DNA of 64,000 nt from Candidatus Marinacidobacterales bacterium (GTDB lineage: Bacteria; Acidobacteriota; Vicinamibacteria; Marinacidobacterales; DATDRI01), in NCBI GenBank assembly GCA_965219415.1, contig CBDCNP010000002.1:4864001-4928000 (forward strand). The letters run 5' to 3'. Position numbers and translations under genes: made by a program. The notes beneath the pieces were generated by a model, which worked only from the letters and a program-made list of their open reading frames with translations, was not told where the DNA came from and did not search any database. This document shows, one piece after another, positions 30,042 to 43,296 of this stretch (position 1 is its first letter; each line of letters begins with the position of its first letter).

Positions 30042-32798
30042 TCACGTCGATTTGCGGCGGCGAACCCCTCGTGTTCGCGGTCGGCGCTTGCCCTTGCCCG
30101 CAGCCTTTGCGGTCAACGGGGCCTGTAGGCGCTCGTACAAAGCAAAGAGGTACTCGACGCGTTCGCGCTCGGACGTGAAGCCCGCACGGCGGTAGAGACG
30201 GTCGACGGCGCGGTCCAGCGCGTGATGTGCTCTTCGGAGGTTCGGCGGCATCAGGTCGGGGTCGTAGAGAGCGGCCAATGTCGCGTCCGGGTGAGCGGCG
30301 CGGGCGTCGAGCACGGCCTGCGCAAGCAGCTCCAGTGCCAACAAACTCGCGTTCTCGCTCTTGAAGCCGGGCGGTGTCGGGAAAGCGTTGTAAACGACAC
30401 CGATGGAGTAGCGGTAGTCGCTTTTCAACCGCCCGCCGATGTGGCGTAGCCATGCCATGTGCATGGCTGAGGTCAGCAGGGCGAAATCAGCTAATGTGGC
30501 GTCTTTCAGAACCCGAACAAGGTTGCTCGGGATTACCGGCGGCTTCAGCCAGTCTATAGGGACGTATTCACGCCGTTCAGAGCTGACCTCCGGCAGAACG
30601 AGGAACGGGGCGGCCGGCAGGATGTTCACTTGCCAGAGCGTGGGTGTCTCAGCCAGTTTCAGTGTGGACGTTCGTTTGCTGGTCCTTCGGTAAGCGCGAA
30701 CGGCGGCGATGCGTTCTCTGACTCGTGGCAGTTGCGCCAGAGTAGCGGGCGAAGCGTCATGCAACGCAAGAATCCAGCGCTCGCCACCTTGTAGGTACTC
30801 ACGAGCGCCGACGAAAGGACGCAACAAAGTCGCTGCGTCCGGTTCGGCATCCAGGAACGCGAGTCGTTCCTCAGCATTGAAAATGTAGAGTCCATCGTCG
30901 ATGGGCTGGGAGCCGGTGACCAGTTGAATCAGTCCGTTTATCGTCCTGCCCTCTTCTCGGACGACGAGGTGGGGATTGGCTAGTGCCCCGCCATCGAATA
31001 GGTAGGGCGTGATCACGGCGTGTCGGCTTTCGAGCGACTCCCCGTTGAGGTCCTCGTAGGCGAACAGCCTCCTGTCCCGTGGCACAAGCTCGGTCGTGTC
31101 CAGTCCGATGATGACCACATGCACGTGGGCCTTGCCGCGAGCGTCAGAACCCCATGCAAACGTCCGGTGGGCAAAGGCGATCTCCAAACGGTGGCGGTCA
31201 AGTAGCAGCGGCCACAGCTGCGCGACCTGCTCGCCTTGGGTAATCGAGTTGGTTGCGACGAAGCCGATCCTCGGTGGCTGACTGCTGTTCTCCTGCTGCG
31301 TGCGCCGCACGTACTCGCCGGCACGAATGAACCACGCGGCCACGTAGTCGAGCGTGCCGCCGCTACCGCCAAGCGCCGCGACACGGCGCACCTGCGCCCG
31401 CTGACCTGCCGATTGGTACTTTGAGCCCCCGAAGGGCGGGTTCCCGAACACGTACGAGCAGGCGTCCGGCGGCAACACTTCACCCCAGTCGATCTCCAGC
31501 GCGTCGGCGTGGTGAATGTGGGGCGACTTCTCGATCGGAATTCGCGCGTACGTCTTGCCGAACTCCAGGCTCAGCCGGTTGTTCATGATGTGGTCCATCA
31601 TCCAGAGCGCGGTCGCGGCGATGCGCGCCGGGAACTCGCTGATCTCAATGCCGTAGAACTGATCCACATCGACTACCGACTGCACCTCCAGTTTCAGTTG
31701 GGTAGCGTCTGTGCGCGACGCCATCTCCCGCAACACTTCGGTTTCCAGAGAGCGCAACTCCCGGTAGGCGATGATGAGGAAGTTGCCGCAACCGCACGCC
31801 GGATCGAACAGGCGAAGCGTGCCGAGTCGGTCCCGAAACTTCCGCAGATCGGCTACGCTGCGGCCGTCCCGACGTCCCTGAAGCTTCTGGAACTCCGCAC
31901 GCAGATCGTCGAGAAACAACGGCTCGATCACCTTCAGGATGTTTTTCTCGGTGGTGTAGTGCGCACCCTGCGCGCGCCGGTCGGCTGGTTCCATGACCGC
32001 CTGGAAGAGTGCACCAAAGATGGCTGGCGAGATCGCCGTCCAGTCGAACCGGCTCGCGTCGAGGAGCGCCTGCCGCATCGAGGCATTGAAATCCGGGATA
32101 CGCAGGGTTTCGGCAAACAGCTCGCCGTTCACGTGCGGAAAGCGCGCTAAATCCTCATCGAGCGCCGCTTGACGGCGCTCAATCGGCGTGTTCAGCACCT
32201 GGAAGAGCCGCGCCAGCCATGGACCGAGGTCGGCTCCGTCGTCCGACGTGCGCTCCTCGATGAACTGCAGAAAGATGTCGCGCGGCTCGAAGATCCCGGT
32301 GTCGTCGGCGAACAGGCAGAACACGATTCGGACCAGAAACAACTCCAGGTCGTGGCCGTCGTAGCCGGATGATTTGAGCGCGTCGTGCAAGCGCGCGATC
32401 AGCCCGGACGCCTTGATGTTGACTGGATCCTGATCGCGGAACGCGCGGCGTTGCACACCGATGATGAACCCGAATTTCTCGACGTGCTGGGGCAGGTCGA
32501 CAAGTGCGAAGCGAGACTCCTCGCGCTCTTCCCGGTCGAGCAGCTCGAACGTCTGGAAATCGCAGAGTAGCTGGTAGCGGGGGCGGTCCCGCTCGGGAAG
32601 CGCATCGAAGTACCGGCCAGCTTGACGGCGCGCAATGGCTAAATCGCGACCGGCGCTCTTCTGCTCGACTAGCAGGACGCCAGGCCAGAACAGATCGATG
32701 AAACCGGAGGTGTTGTCCAGTCGCCGAACGTGTTCCTCGTACCGCGCGACGGTGCGCCGCCGGACACCGAAGATGTCGAAGAACTCGTTGTAGAAGCT
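30042..32798 (-). pseudogene. MmeI-like type IIL/IIG restriction-modification enzyme, N-terminus removed by the IS5-family element
   Basis: Frame is open from 32798 (SFYNEFF..FIDLFWPGVLLVEQK nuclease motif); motif I FDPACGCGNF, motif IV GNPPF, GGRLKSDYRYS...YNAFP. Confidence 0.88.
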
Positions 32799-33885
32799 GG
32801 CGTTGTTGCACGGCCCGGCGCAAATCGCTGACCTCCCTGTGCCGGTCGGAGAGTCACCCGGCGCAGTAAGTATCGGGCATGCCGAGCGCGGTCATCTTGT
32901 TGAGTATCTCACACCCAATTCGGTGTTCAACTCGTTGCCTCGCCAACGTTCGAGCCCGCATCTCGGGCCCCATGATCGCCTTGTAACGATAGACCGCGTT
33001 CTCCACCATGCTTCGCTCGGTGCAGCCTGAGAGCTTGTACCATTCACGTCGGCCGTGTCTTTCGATTGCACGAATATGGCGGTCGCGTTCCCGCATGGCG
33101 GTGTTCGAATTCTGACTGAGCGTGGCGTTTCGTTGCGGCGGAATCACCACGCGCGTCCTTCGTCCAGGGCTGTGCGCTTCGATGGCTTCGTAGACCGCTT
33201 CCTTGTCGTATGCACTGTCCGCCGCCACCGACGCTATAGGTGCTTGAATCTGTGTTAGCAAAGGGGGGACTCGCGTTGCGTCGCAAGCTCGTGACGCCGT
33301 CAGTTCGGACGCAACAATGTTGCCGGTCTTGCGATCAACGGCGATGTGCAACTTGCGCCAGGCGCGCTGCTTTGGCGGTTTGCGGGTGGTTCCAACATGA
33401 ATCCTCAAGCCCGTGCTATCGATCATCAGGTGGATTGGTTGATTGCTTGCGGCTTTTCGAATCCGCAGCTTCTTGCGGAGCAGCCTCGACCGCCGACACA
33501 ACGTCGAGTAGTCCGGGATCTCGATACACAGCCGGAGAAGCGAGGCGATCGAGTGCAAGAAGCCTTCGGTTTGGCGGTAGGCAAGCTTGTACACCATCCG
33601 GACAACCAGGCCCGTTTCAATCGCCATCTCTGAATAGACCCGTTGACCGCCAGGCTTACCGCTCTTGTCGGCCTTCCAGTTCGCGATTGCCTCCTCGTCA
33701 AACCAGACCGTCAAATCGCCCCGGCGGCGCAGCCCTTCGTTGTATTCCGCCCAGTTGGAAACGTGGTACTTCTTCTGTTTCGCGTGTTTGTACTGGCTGC
33801 GCTTGGGATACTTCATGGTCGAACATTACCTCGGCCACCACCATAGGTAGATTTCGCGCTCAGCCAAGAGCGGTGCAACAACGCC
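32799..33885 (-). mobile_element. IS5 family (IS903-like) element; transposase 32854-33816
   Basis: 13-bp perfect TIR GGCGTTGTTGCAC; NWAEYNEGLRRRGDLTVWF, IDSTG, WRKLHIAVD, ADSAYD, RSMVEN; no target duplication. Confidence 0.92.
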
Positions 33886-33985
33886 CCTCACGGGCACAGG
33901 TGGCCGCCGATGAACTGTTTTTGTCCGCAGTAACGGTTGGGAAGATCCAAGCGGGTATCGAATTCACCCGCGAGCAGGATGCCTG
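33886..33985 (+). pseudogene. Internal fragment of a second PIN/VapC toxin
   Basis: ADELFLSAVTVGKIQAGIEFTREQDA. Confidence 0.5.
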
Positions 33986-34028
33986 TGATCCGCGAAAAAG
34001 AAGACCGGAGTCCGCGCGTCGAACGCCA

Positions 34029-34414
34029 TCACAGCCAGAGTACGGGGGCCGGATAGCGTGCGATCAACTGGTCTGGTGTTACGATCGTCAAGCCGCGTAG
34101 GATCGCTTGGGACACCAAGCCCCGGTCGAACGGATCCCGATGATGCGGCGGCAGCAGTACGTCGTGCACCGCGTCCCGTTCGTCGTACGGTAGAGGTTCG
34201 ATCTGCAGCCGCTGGCGACGACTAGCGACGAACGACGCAGGAGATGCAGGAAGTGACAACCGGCCAAGTCGATACTTAATCGTTATCTCCCACACAGAGA
34301 GAGCGCTGAGGTACACGGCGTTCGAGGGGGTACGACACTCCGTCCTGGCGCGCAACGGCAGCCGTGGATCATCGGACAACAGCCAGAGAAACGTGCAGGT
34401 GTCGAGCAGGAGCG

Positions 34415-34418
<4 letters not shown>
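34029..34418 (-). CDS. vapC: PIN-domain toxin (VapC)
   Basis: GTG at 34418 with RBS GGAG; LLLDTCTFLW, SALSVWEITIK, HRDPFDR, VTPD. Confidence 0.9.
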
Positions 34419-35710
<1,292 letters not shown>

Positions 35711-35719
35711 GTCTCAAGC

Positions 35720-36229
35720 TGTCCCTTCCATAAACTCGAGCTGTATGAGATTGGCGAACTTCCTGCAACCGGAATGCTTTGGTCGTCTTCATGTAGGACG
35801 TTTTAAGAGCCGGCGTCGGCTCTACTCAGGGGTAGAGGTGTAAGCTGGTGCGAAGTCCGGCAGCCGTTCCGAGCGGGTCGGCTCAAGCAGCGCGTCGAGT
35901 GTAATGATGATGGAGACCACCGACCTTTTGGAATGGCTCTCACTTTGCCCATCGCCGGTGACTCTACCCGGCGAGGCTCAGGCGCGTCCTTCTCAAGCGA
36001 CAAATGAGTCCGGCACGAATGATAGTAGTCGACGTATTTGCGTAGGATTCGCTTCAGGTGCCGCTCATCAAGGACGATCACGTGGTCGAGACACTCACGT
36101 CGAATGGAGCCGATCATCCTTTCGACAAATGGATTCTGCCACGGGGAGCGCGGTGCGGTAAGGACCTGCTCTATCCCGAGACCGTCGACGCGAGTATCGA
36201 AGTACGCTCCGTAGGTCTGGTCTCGACCC
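35720..36229 (-). mobile_element. 3' portion of integrase-core element Y
   Basis: Reverse complement of ~51187-51693; terminus TGTCCCTTCCATAAACTCG. Confidence 0.85.
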
Positions 36230-36407
36230 CGTCCTGTGCCAAAATTCGGCCCTTTTGAAATAGAGCATAAATCAGTAGCTTATTGTCTGTGTTTGCGACC
36301 GTGCCAAGGGCCGAGCGCGAACAAACGACGAAATCATGTAGGCATGGTCCCGGCAAACCGGAGACCGATCAAGTTCGGGGCGCGCGGATGAATAAATAGA
36401 AGGCACA
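36230..36407. mobile_element. 178-bp A+B hybrid MITE
   Basis: CGTCCTGTGCCAAAATTCGG ... GAATAAATAGAAGGCACA. Confidence 0.8.
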
Positions 36408-36835
36408 GGCTGACGGCATCATGAGGGTTCCCTCGGTGCCATCCGGAGCCTTTGCGAGTGACGGCGGCGTGCAGATCGGACCGAGCCGGTAGCTCGAAAC
36501 GAGCGCGGCTGCCTGCGCTGCGAGCTCCGGGGTGAAGTCGATCAAGTCGTCGAGACTCACGCCCTGTCGCTCGAAGGGAGGCGGTTTAGTCGGAAACGGT
36601 TGGGTGAGTGCGGTCCGCTCGCCCGGTACGTCCGTTTGGGGGACGGGACGCTCCTCGATCGGCCAGACCGGCTCCCCGGTTGCCGGGTCGAAGACGAACA
36701 CGAATCCCTGTTTGGTCGGCTGGGCGACGGCTTTGATGGGCCGGCCATCGACGACGATGTCGGCGAGAATCGGCGCGCACGGCAGGTCCCAATCCCACAT
36801 ATCATGATGAACGGTCTGAAAGTGCCAAACTGGTC
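36408..36835 (-). pseudogene. Internal fragment of a PQQ-dependent (glucose/quinate-type) dehydrogenase
   Basis: [43 protein letters not shown]. Confidence 0.85.
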
Positions 36836-36938
36836 GCGTTCAAGCTTCCGTCGTAATCCGACTCTGATCGAATCGTTGAAACGAAACTCCCGATCGCATA
36901 GGCTGCCCGTCTCTGTCGATCACGTCTGGAGGGCTAAC

Positions 36939-38030
36939 ATGAAGGGGAGAGCTTCTCGCGTACTTGCGGCCTTGGCTCTGGCGGCAAACTGGGCATGTCA
37001 GCCGGTGCAGGCGCCCGATACCGCTATCGATAAGGCCGGACCGCCGCCGGGTGCCGTTTGGGAAGGCGAAGCGTTCACCTTTCAACAGGTTCGCGACGAT
37101 ATCTACCACGCCGTTGGTACGGGTAACTTGACCATCGGATGCAACGGCAGCGTCATTATTAATGAGAACGACGTGCTCCTGGTGGACTCTCACATGACGC
37201 CGGCCGCTTCATGGGCGCTCTTGAAAGAGTTGAAAAGCATCACCCACAAGCCCGTGCGCTACGTCGTGAATACCCATTTCCATTTCGACCACGCGCACGG
37301 CAACCAGACATTCGGCGAGGACGTCGAGATCATTGGCCACGAGTTCACCCGCGAGCAGCTAGTATCGGGGGCATCCATGGAAGGTCGCGCCTGGGACGCG
37401 TTCGTGGGAGGACTGCCGGAGCGGATCCAGGAAACAGAGAGCAAGCTTCAGATGGCCATCGACGCGACCGATCCGAACGCCGAAGCGGAACTGCGGAAAC
37501 AAGTCTCGATTCTGAAAAATTATCAAGACGCGACGAATGCGATAGTCCCGACGCCGCCGACGATCACGCTGAGGAAGCGCCTGACGCTCACACGCGGAGG
37601 CCGGGAGATTCAGCTCCTGTACTTCGGCCGCGGCCATACGGGTGGTGACGTCGTCGTCTACTTGCCGGAAGACAAGGCCATCGTAACCGGTGACCTCTTG
37701 ACCAACGGCCTCGCCTATATGGGGAACGCCTACTTGAACGAGTGGGCCGACACGCTCGACGAGGTCAAGAAACTCGACTTCGACGTCGTACTTCCCGGGC
37801 ATGGCCGTGCGTTCGAGGACATCGAGAAGATCGATCACTTCCAGGCTTATCTGCGCGATTTGTGGCCCAAGATCGTAGCCAAGCACGAGGCGGGCGTCAG
37901 TGAGGAAGAAGCAGCCCAAACGATCGATATGACGAACCACGCGGAGCATTTCTCTCAAATCGACGGGCCGGGCGTGCACCCTCACGCCGTGCAGCGCGCC
38001 TACGCGCTCCTCAACGGCACCGAGCACTAG
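36939..38030 (+). CDS. Secreted or lipoprotein MBL-fold metallo-hydrolase (cyclase-like)
   Basis: RBS GGAGG; THFHFDHAHGN, GHTGGD, TGDL, PGHG. Confidence 0.9.
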   Translation: MKGRASRVLAALALAANWACQPVQAPDTAIDKAGPPPGAVWEGEAFTFQQVRDDIYHAVGTGNLTIGCNGSVIINENDVLLVDSHMTPAASWALLKELKSITHKPVRYVVNTHFHFDHAHGNQTFGEDVEIIGHEFTREQLVSGASMEGRAWDAFVGGLPERIQETESKLQMAIDATDPNAEAELRKQVSILKNYQDATNAIVPTPPTITLRKRLTLTRGGREIQLLYFGRGHTGGDVVVYLPEDKAIVTGDLLTNGLAYMGNAYLNEWADTLDEVKKLDFDVVLPGHGRAFEDIEKIDHFQAYLRDLWPKIVAKHEAGVSEEEAAQTIDMTNHAEHFSQIDGPGVHPHAVQRAYALLNGTEH

Positions 38031-38044
38031 CCGGAAGGACGACG

Positions 38045-38960
38045 ATGCGCGTGCATAGGGCCATGTTGGCGCTCACACTCTTGTGCTGCGCCTCCGCATC
38101 CATCCTCGCACAGGACAAAAGGGCCATGACAGTCGACGATCTCCTCGAGCTCGTGAGGATCGGCGACGTTGCCATAACGCCCGACGGTTCCCGAGTCTTC
38201 TATTCCGAGCGGCATCTGGACTGGGAGACGAACAAGTACGAAAAGACTTCATGATTTCCTCCGAGGGCGGATCACCGGTTCCCTTCGTTCGCAAAGACGG
38301 CGGTGAGAATTTTCTCATCTCACCCGATGGGAAATACTTATCCATGTTGCGAAAGGTCGAGGAAAAACCACAGATATTCATCATGCCCCTGAATGGTGGC
38401 GAGGCTCGGCCCTTGACGGAGCACCGTGGAGAAATCACCGATTACAAATGGACCGGTGATGCGCAGAGCATCGTGTTTATTGCTAAAGAGGCGATGGCCG
38501 AGGAAGAGGAGAACGAGTTCGCGCTCGGAGCCGATCCGATATTCGTCAATGAAGGAGCTGATGGCAAGAACCATGGCCGATGGACGCATCTCTGGCACCT
38601 CGATATCACGTCCGAGAAGGTAGCTCGTATTACCGGAGAGGACTTTCTCATCGGCGGATTCGATGTGTCGAGCGACGGCTCTCGCGTCGTGTTTACGGCT
38701 CGATGCGACAACCGCGGGAATTTCCCTTTCTTGTCGGAGCTCTATCTCGTCCGGACGGACGGGAACGACATGAAACCCCTGACCCGCAACCGGGCTCTCG
38801 AGAGGGATCCTGTCTGGGCGCCGGATGGGAGGCGTTTCGTATTCCACGCTACCGATGACCAAGAGTTGGGTCTGCGCAACGGCTACTTGTGGATCCTGAA
38901 CCCCGACACCGGCGAGCTCGAGAAACTGGAGGGACAAAACACCGGTAAGATCGACCACCT
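38045..38960 (+). pseudogene. S9-family peptidase N-terminal beta-propeller; frameshift near 38245; truncated by an A end at 38961
   Basis: Signal peptide, MTVDDLLEL, repeated (S/T/A)PDG motifs; no catalytic domain. Confidence 0.75.
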
Positions 38961-39125
38961 CGTCCTGTGCCAAAACTCGGCCCTTTTGAAATAGGCCATG
39001 AATCAGCAACTTAGTGTCTGTGTTTGCGACCGGGCCAAGGGCCGTGGGCTTTACAATCGTCTTGGGCGGGCGGGTCGTCCGTGGAGCACCTTCATCAAGG
39101 TTCATTGGGGCGCTATCGCTCATTC
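38961..39125 (+). mobile_element. A-end module with a transposase remnant
   Basis: CGTCCTGTGCCAAAACTCGG...; encodes RPWSTFIKVHWGAIA, similar to the segment preceding the first DDE Asp in elements X and Y. Confidence 0.7.
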
Positions 39126-39154
39126 TCAAGTACTACTGCCGTGCCGCGTAGATT

Positions 39155-39919
39155 GTGGCTGGCGACGGTTCCGGCGCCTCCGGTGGCATCGGACGAGCGA
39201 CTGCCCGGGCCTTCGCCGGGGAGGGTGCCCGCCTCGCGCTTCACTACCACAACAATCCAGAGAGCGTCGAGGAGCTATCGAGCGCTCTCGACGTCGAGAC
39301 CGTGCTGGTGGGGGCGAATGTGGCGAAAGAGGAGGACGTCGAGACGATGTACCGAGACGCGCTCTCGTCGCTGAAGCGCCTCGATGGGATCGTCGTCAAT
39401 GCCGGCATCTGGATCGCGGAAGAAACACCCCTGCATCGCATGTCGCTCGAACAGTGGAACACGACGGTGGCAACGGACCTGAGTGGAGCTTTCCTCACTT
39501 GCCGGGAGTTTCTGCGCCATCTGGAGAGCGATCCCCGTGACGAAGCTTCGATCGTCTTCGTCGGCTCGACTGCGGCCCTCTTCGGCGAGGAGAACCACAC
39601 GGACTACGCCTCCGCCAAGGCCGCCATGGCCTACGGCATGACGCGAAGCCTGAAGAACGAGATCGTACGACTCGCGCCGCTCGGACGGGTGAACTGCGTC
39701 AGTCCGGGATGGGTGGACACCCCCATGGCGGCGGCCTCGATGGAGGACCCCGAGGCGATTGGGAAGGCTACCGCGACGATGGCCCTGGAGAAGATCGCGA
39801 CGGCGGAGGATGTGGCGAACGCCATCGTATTCTTCTCCTCTTCCGCGCTGGCCGGCCACCTCAGCGGCAGCATTCTTCCGATCGCGGGCGGCATGGAGGG
39901 CCGCTGGTTGCACCCCTAA
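39155..39919 (+). CDS. SDR-family oxidoreductase (5' end possibly damaged)
   Basis: GASGGIG, VVNAG, YASAK, RVNCVSPGWVDT. Confidence 0.85.
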   Translation: MAGDGSGASGGIGRATARAFAGEGARLALHYHNNPESVEELSSALDVETVLVGANVAKEEDVETMYRDALSSLKRLDGIVVNAGIWIAEETPLHRMSLEQWNTTVATDLSGAFLTCREFLRHLESDPRDEASIVFVGSTAALFGEENHTDYASAKAAMAYGMTRSLKNEIVRLAPLGRVNCVSPGWVDTPMAAASMEDPEAIGKATATMALEKIATAEDVANAIVFFSSSALAGHLSGSILPIAGGMEGRWLHP

Positions 39920-40048
39920 ACCAGGCCGAAGACGCGATCCAGCCGTTACGTGAGCTTTTCGTCGCCGGCCATACTAACATTCGCACATGGTCGAGTCGTT
40001 GCGATCGCCGATCGCCGCCAGTCGCAACGAAATGGTGGCTTCTCTTTC

Positions 40049-40672
40049 GTGAGCCACGGCAAACGTCTCACACGCCGCTTCTTCCGTCGGGACCCCGAGA
40101 CCCTCGCACGGGCATTGCTAGGTCAGGTGCTCGTGCGGCGCCTTCCCAACGGCAAGGAGCTCTCCGGTCGCATCGTCGAGGTCGAGGCCTACCTCGGTAT
40201 CGAGGACAAGGCGGCCCACAGCTACGGCGGACGCAGAACGAAACGAAATGAATCGATGTGGTTAGACGGCGGCCACGCCTACGTCTACTTCACTTACGGC
40301 ATGCACTTCTGCATCAACGTCGTTGCGAATCGAGCGGAGGTCCCCACGGCATGCTTGATCCGTGCCCTGGAGCCGCTGGAAGGGATCGAACACATGAGAC
40401 GTCAGCGCGCGAAAAAGGTTCAAGAGTCGCGTCTAGATGACACAAACCTCTGCTCGGGTCCGGCGAAACTCACCGAGTCCCTGGGCATCGACCGAAAGCT
40501 CGACAGGATCGACCTCGTGACCAGCGAGCAGGTCTTCCTAGTGCGAGGCCGCAGCGTCCGAGACGCGAGCGTCGAGGTCGCTCCAAGGGTTGGCATCGCC
40601 TACGCGAAGGAAGTGTGGGCGTCCAAGCCGCTCCGATTCTTCGTGAGAGGCAACCCCCACGTGAGCCGTTAG
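40049..40672 (+). CDS. mpg: DNA-3-methyladenine glycosylase (MPG/AAG family)
   Basis: LARALLG..GRIVEVEAY..DKAAHS..YVYFTYGMHFCINVV..LIRALEP..SGPAKL..PRVGI. Confidence 0.92.
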   Translation: MSHGKRLTRRFFRRDPETLARALLGQVLVRRLPNGKELSGRIVEVEAYLGIEDKAAHSYGGRRTKRNESMWLDGGHAYVYFTYGMHFCINVVANRAEVPTACLIRALEPLEGIEHMRRQRAKKVQESRLDDTNLCSGPAKLTESLGIDRKLDRIDLVTSEQVFLVRGRSVRDASVEVAPRVGIAYAKEVWASKPLRFFVRGNPHVSR

Positions 40673-40759
40673 AAAAAGCAAAAGGGTGCTTGCGCTGTTT
40701 ACTGTTGGTGTCTAATCTCGATTTTCGAGTGCCAAGTTTGCCCGTCACGTGCTGCTCAT

Positions 40760-40962
40760 CTCAATTCAATTCCCTGTTCGGTCATCTCAAATTCCCTGCT
40801 ATTTCGGAACAGGGAATTGCTATCTAACCATCTGAAATATAGAGGGTTACCACGTGGAAAAACGGCCCAATCAGCCCCCAAATAGCCTAAATTCCCTGTT
40901 TTTCCCTGTTATTCATGGATTCTAAGCCAAGACCGGATAGCTCCGAACTGCACCATCCCGGC
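40760..40962. repeat. Cluster of (AA)TTCCCTG repeats, four direct and one inverted
   Basis: AATTCCCTG at 40768, 40790 and 40890; TTCCCTG at 40902; CAGGGAATT at 40810. Confidence 0.65.
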
Positions 40963-41771
40963 TACTGCTCTAATGCACGGTGGCGGCGTACGAAATCGAG
41001 GAACGCCTCGTTGAAGGGCTTGGGGTACTCCCAGATGGCGGCATGCCCCCCCAAGACCGTCCTCCACTCCGATCCCGGGACGCCTTCTTGAAGGCGGCGG
41101 GACAGCTCGACAGGGATCAAGATGTCCTGCTCGCCGGTAATAACGAGGGTCGGGACCGAGATCTGGCCGATCCGATCGGCTGCGTCGTGGGTTCGGATCA
41201 CATTCAGCTGGGCAAGGTACGCCTCGACCGGCTGCGGTATCGCCGCCATCGCCTTCTCAAACTCGGCCAGCTCTTCCTGGCGCTTTTCGAAGAAGGGCAC
41301 GGTGAAGGCCCATAGGGTGACGTCACGCATCACTCCGGCCAGGCCGACAGCGGAAGCCATGTCCCGCCAGAGATCGAACATTCGAGAGCAGAACGGTCCG
41401 GGAGCCGCGTACGTGTTGGCGAGGGTCAGTGAAAGAAGGTCGCCGGAGTAGGCGAGCGCGTACTCCTGGGCGACCATGCCGCCCATAGAGACACCCATCA
41501 GGTGGAAGTCGCTGATGTCGAGCGAGTTCACCAAGGCTTTCGCATCGTCGGCCAGCAAGCGACTCGTGTAGGGACCAGGGGGCTTGGTCGTTTCGCCAAC
41601 GCCCCGATTGTCGAAGCACAGCACGCGGTAGCCCGCCTCGATGAAATCCGGGGTCTGGAACCCCCAAGCCTCGAGGTCGTCGGCCAGGCCGTTGATGAGG
41701 ACGATGGTCTCGGGACCTTCTCCATCGAGTCGGTAGTGGATGTCGATTCCGTTGACGTTCGCAAGAGACAT
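40962..41771 (-). CDS. Alpha/beta hydrolase (3-oxoadipate enol-lactonase/PcaD-like)
   Basis: FDNRGVG, GVSMGG nucleophile elbow, GEQDILIP, GGH. Confidence 0.9.
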   Translation of the reverse strand: MSLANVNGIDIHYRLDGEGPETIVLINGLADDLEAWGFQTPDFIEAGYRVLCFDNRGVGETTKPPGPYTSRLLADDAKALVNSLDISDFHLMGVSMGGMVAQEYALAYSGDLLSLTLANTYAAPGPFCSRMFDLWRDMASAVGLAGVMRDVTLWAFTVPFFEKRQEELAEFEKAMAAIPQPVEAYLAQLNVIRTHDAADRIGQISVPTLVITGEQDILIPVELSRRLQEGVPGSEWRTVLGGHAAIWEYPKPFNEAFLDFVRRHRALEQ

Positions 41772-41778
41772 GGCCGCC

Positions 41779-43064
41779 TGTGCATCGTCAAAACTGCTCC
41801 GCCCACGAAATCAAGGACTTACGCTCCGCTTGAATTCCGGGCCGAAGACGGCGAAACTCCGCCGCTATGCTCAACGTTGTTGTCTTCCTCGTCTCACTTG
41901 GCGTCCGTGCCATTCGGGCGATGTGTCAGCGCCGCGCCGATCTGGTGTTGGAGAACGTCGCTTTGCGGCAGCAAGTGACGGCGCTGAAGAAAGAGCGCCC
42001 ACGCCCACCGCTCGACGACACGGAACGGGTTTTCTGGGTTGCCCTTCGAGGTTCGTGGCCCGTGTGGGCGAGCCGCCTGCTCATCGTCCACGCGGACACC
42101 GTAGCCCGTTGGCATCGCGACCGATTCCGACGGTACTGGGCAAAGATCTCGCAGCGCCGCCATCCCGGTCGGCCTCGGATTGATGCCGAGATTCGTCGCC
42201 TCGTCCGCACGATGGCGCAAGACGGCTGGGGGGCGCCACGCATCCATGCTGAGCTCACCAAGCTCGGTTTCATCATCTCCGAGATTACGGTGTCGCGATA
42301 CCTGCCGCGGCGTCCCGCGGAGCCCGACCAGCTGAAACGATGGATGGCTTTCTTGCGCAACCATAAAGACGATATCGTCGCCATGGATCTGTTCACCGTG
42401 CCCACCGCGTCGCTCCGGCTGCTGTACGGCTTCTTCGTCATCGAGCACGGTCGTCGGCACATCGTTCACTTCAACGCCACGTTCCATCCGACGTCTGCTT
42501 GGGTTATTCAGCAACTACGCGAGGCATTTCCCTACGACACCGCTCCGAGATATCTCATCTTCGATCGCGACTTCATCTTTAACGCTGCGGTCATCGAGTT
42601 CATCAAGGCAACGGGCACAAAACCCGTTCGCACTTCGTTTCGCAGCCCATGGCAAAACGGAACCGCGGAGCGGTGGGTCGGCAGCTGCCGCCGCGAGCTC
42701 CTTGAGCACGTGGTGGTTCTCGGCGCATGTCATCTCATCCGGCTCGTGCGAGCTTACATCAGCTACTATCATGAGGACCGTTGCCACTTGGGGCTGAACA
42801 AGGACACACCGAGCTTGAGAACGGTCACGCACCGACCGTCTCCTACGGCGAAAGTAGTCGCACTGCCGCGAGTCGGTGGACTGCACCATCGATACGAGTG
42901 GCTAGAGGCAGCCTGAGTCAGCTTGGTCGCTCGCGTTACTCGGCTGGTCGCCGAGAAGTTCGTCCTCAGCACCTTCCCTCGCGCCCTGACCACGCTCTCC
43001 AGCATGTGCTCGAGGGCGGTCCGGGCCCTAGAGTCCAGTCCCGGATTAATAATGATGATGGACA
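41779..43064 (+). mobile_element. Integrase-core element X, copy 2; intact 349-aa transposase 41867-42916
   Basis: TGT..ACA ends; DDE motifs as in copy 1; no target duplication seen. Confidence 0.92.
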
Positions 43065-43296
43065 ACCTTCTCGCCAGTCACCGCGCACCGTTTCTCATAG
43101 ATGTCGGTCACCGCGAGTCGAAACGTTCCCTGACCAAGGCGCTGCTTCACTAGCACAGGATCGCCGTACATGGGAGCTGGCTCGCCAGCGGTGACGGCGT
43201 GAGCGACGGTGAGCTTCGCCTGCACCGCCTCCCAGAGCTCACGGCCGACGTCACTGCTCAAGTCGTACCCTTTCCCCTGGACGATGTTTTTTTGGT
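43065..43296 (-). pseudogene. Internal fragment of an HNH restriction-type endonuclease
   Basis: YGDPVLVKQRLGQGTFRLAVTDIYEKRCAVTGEKV. Confidence 0.75.

Noticed and set aside
40925-40962. tRNA gene or remnant
   Set aside because: No cloverleaf and no convincing T-arm or CCA end.
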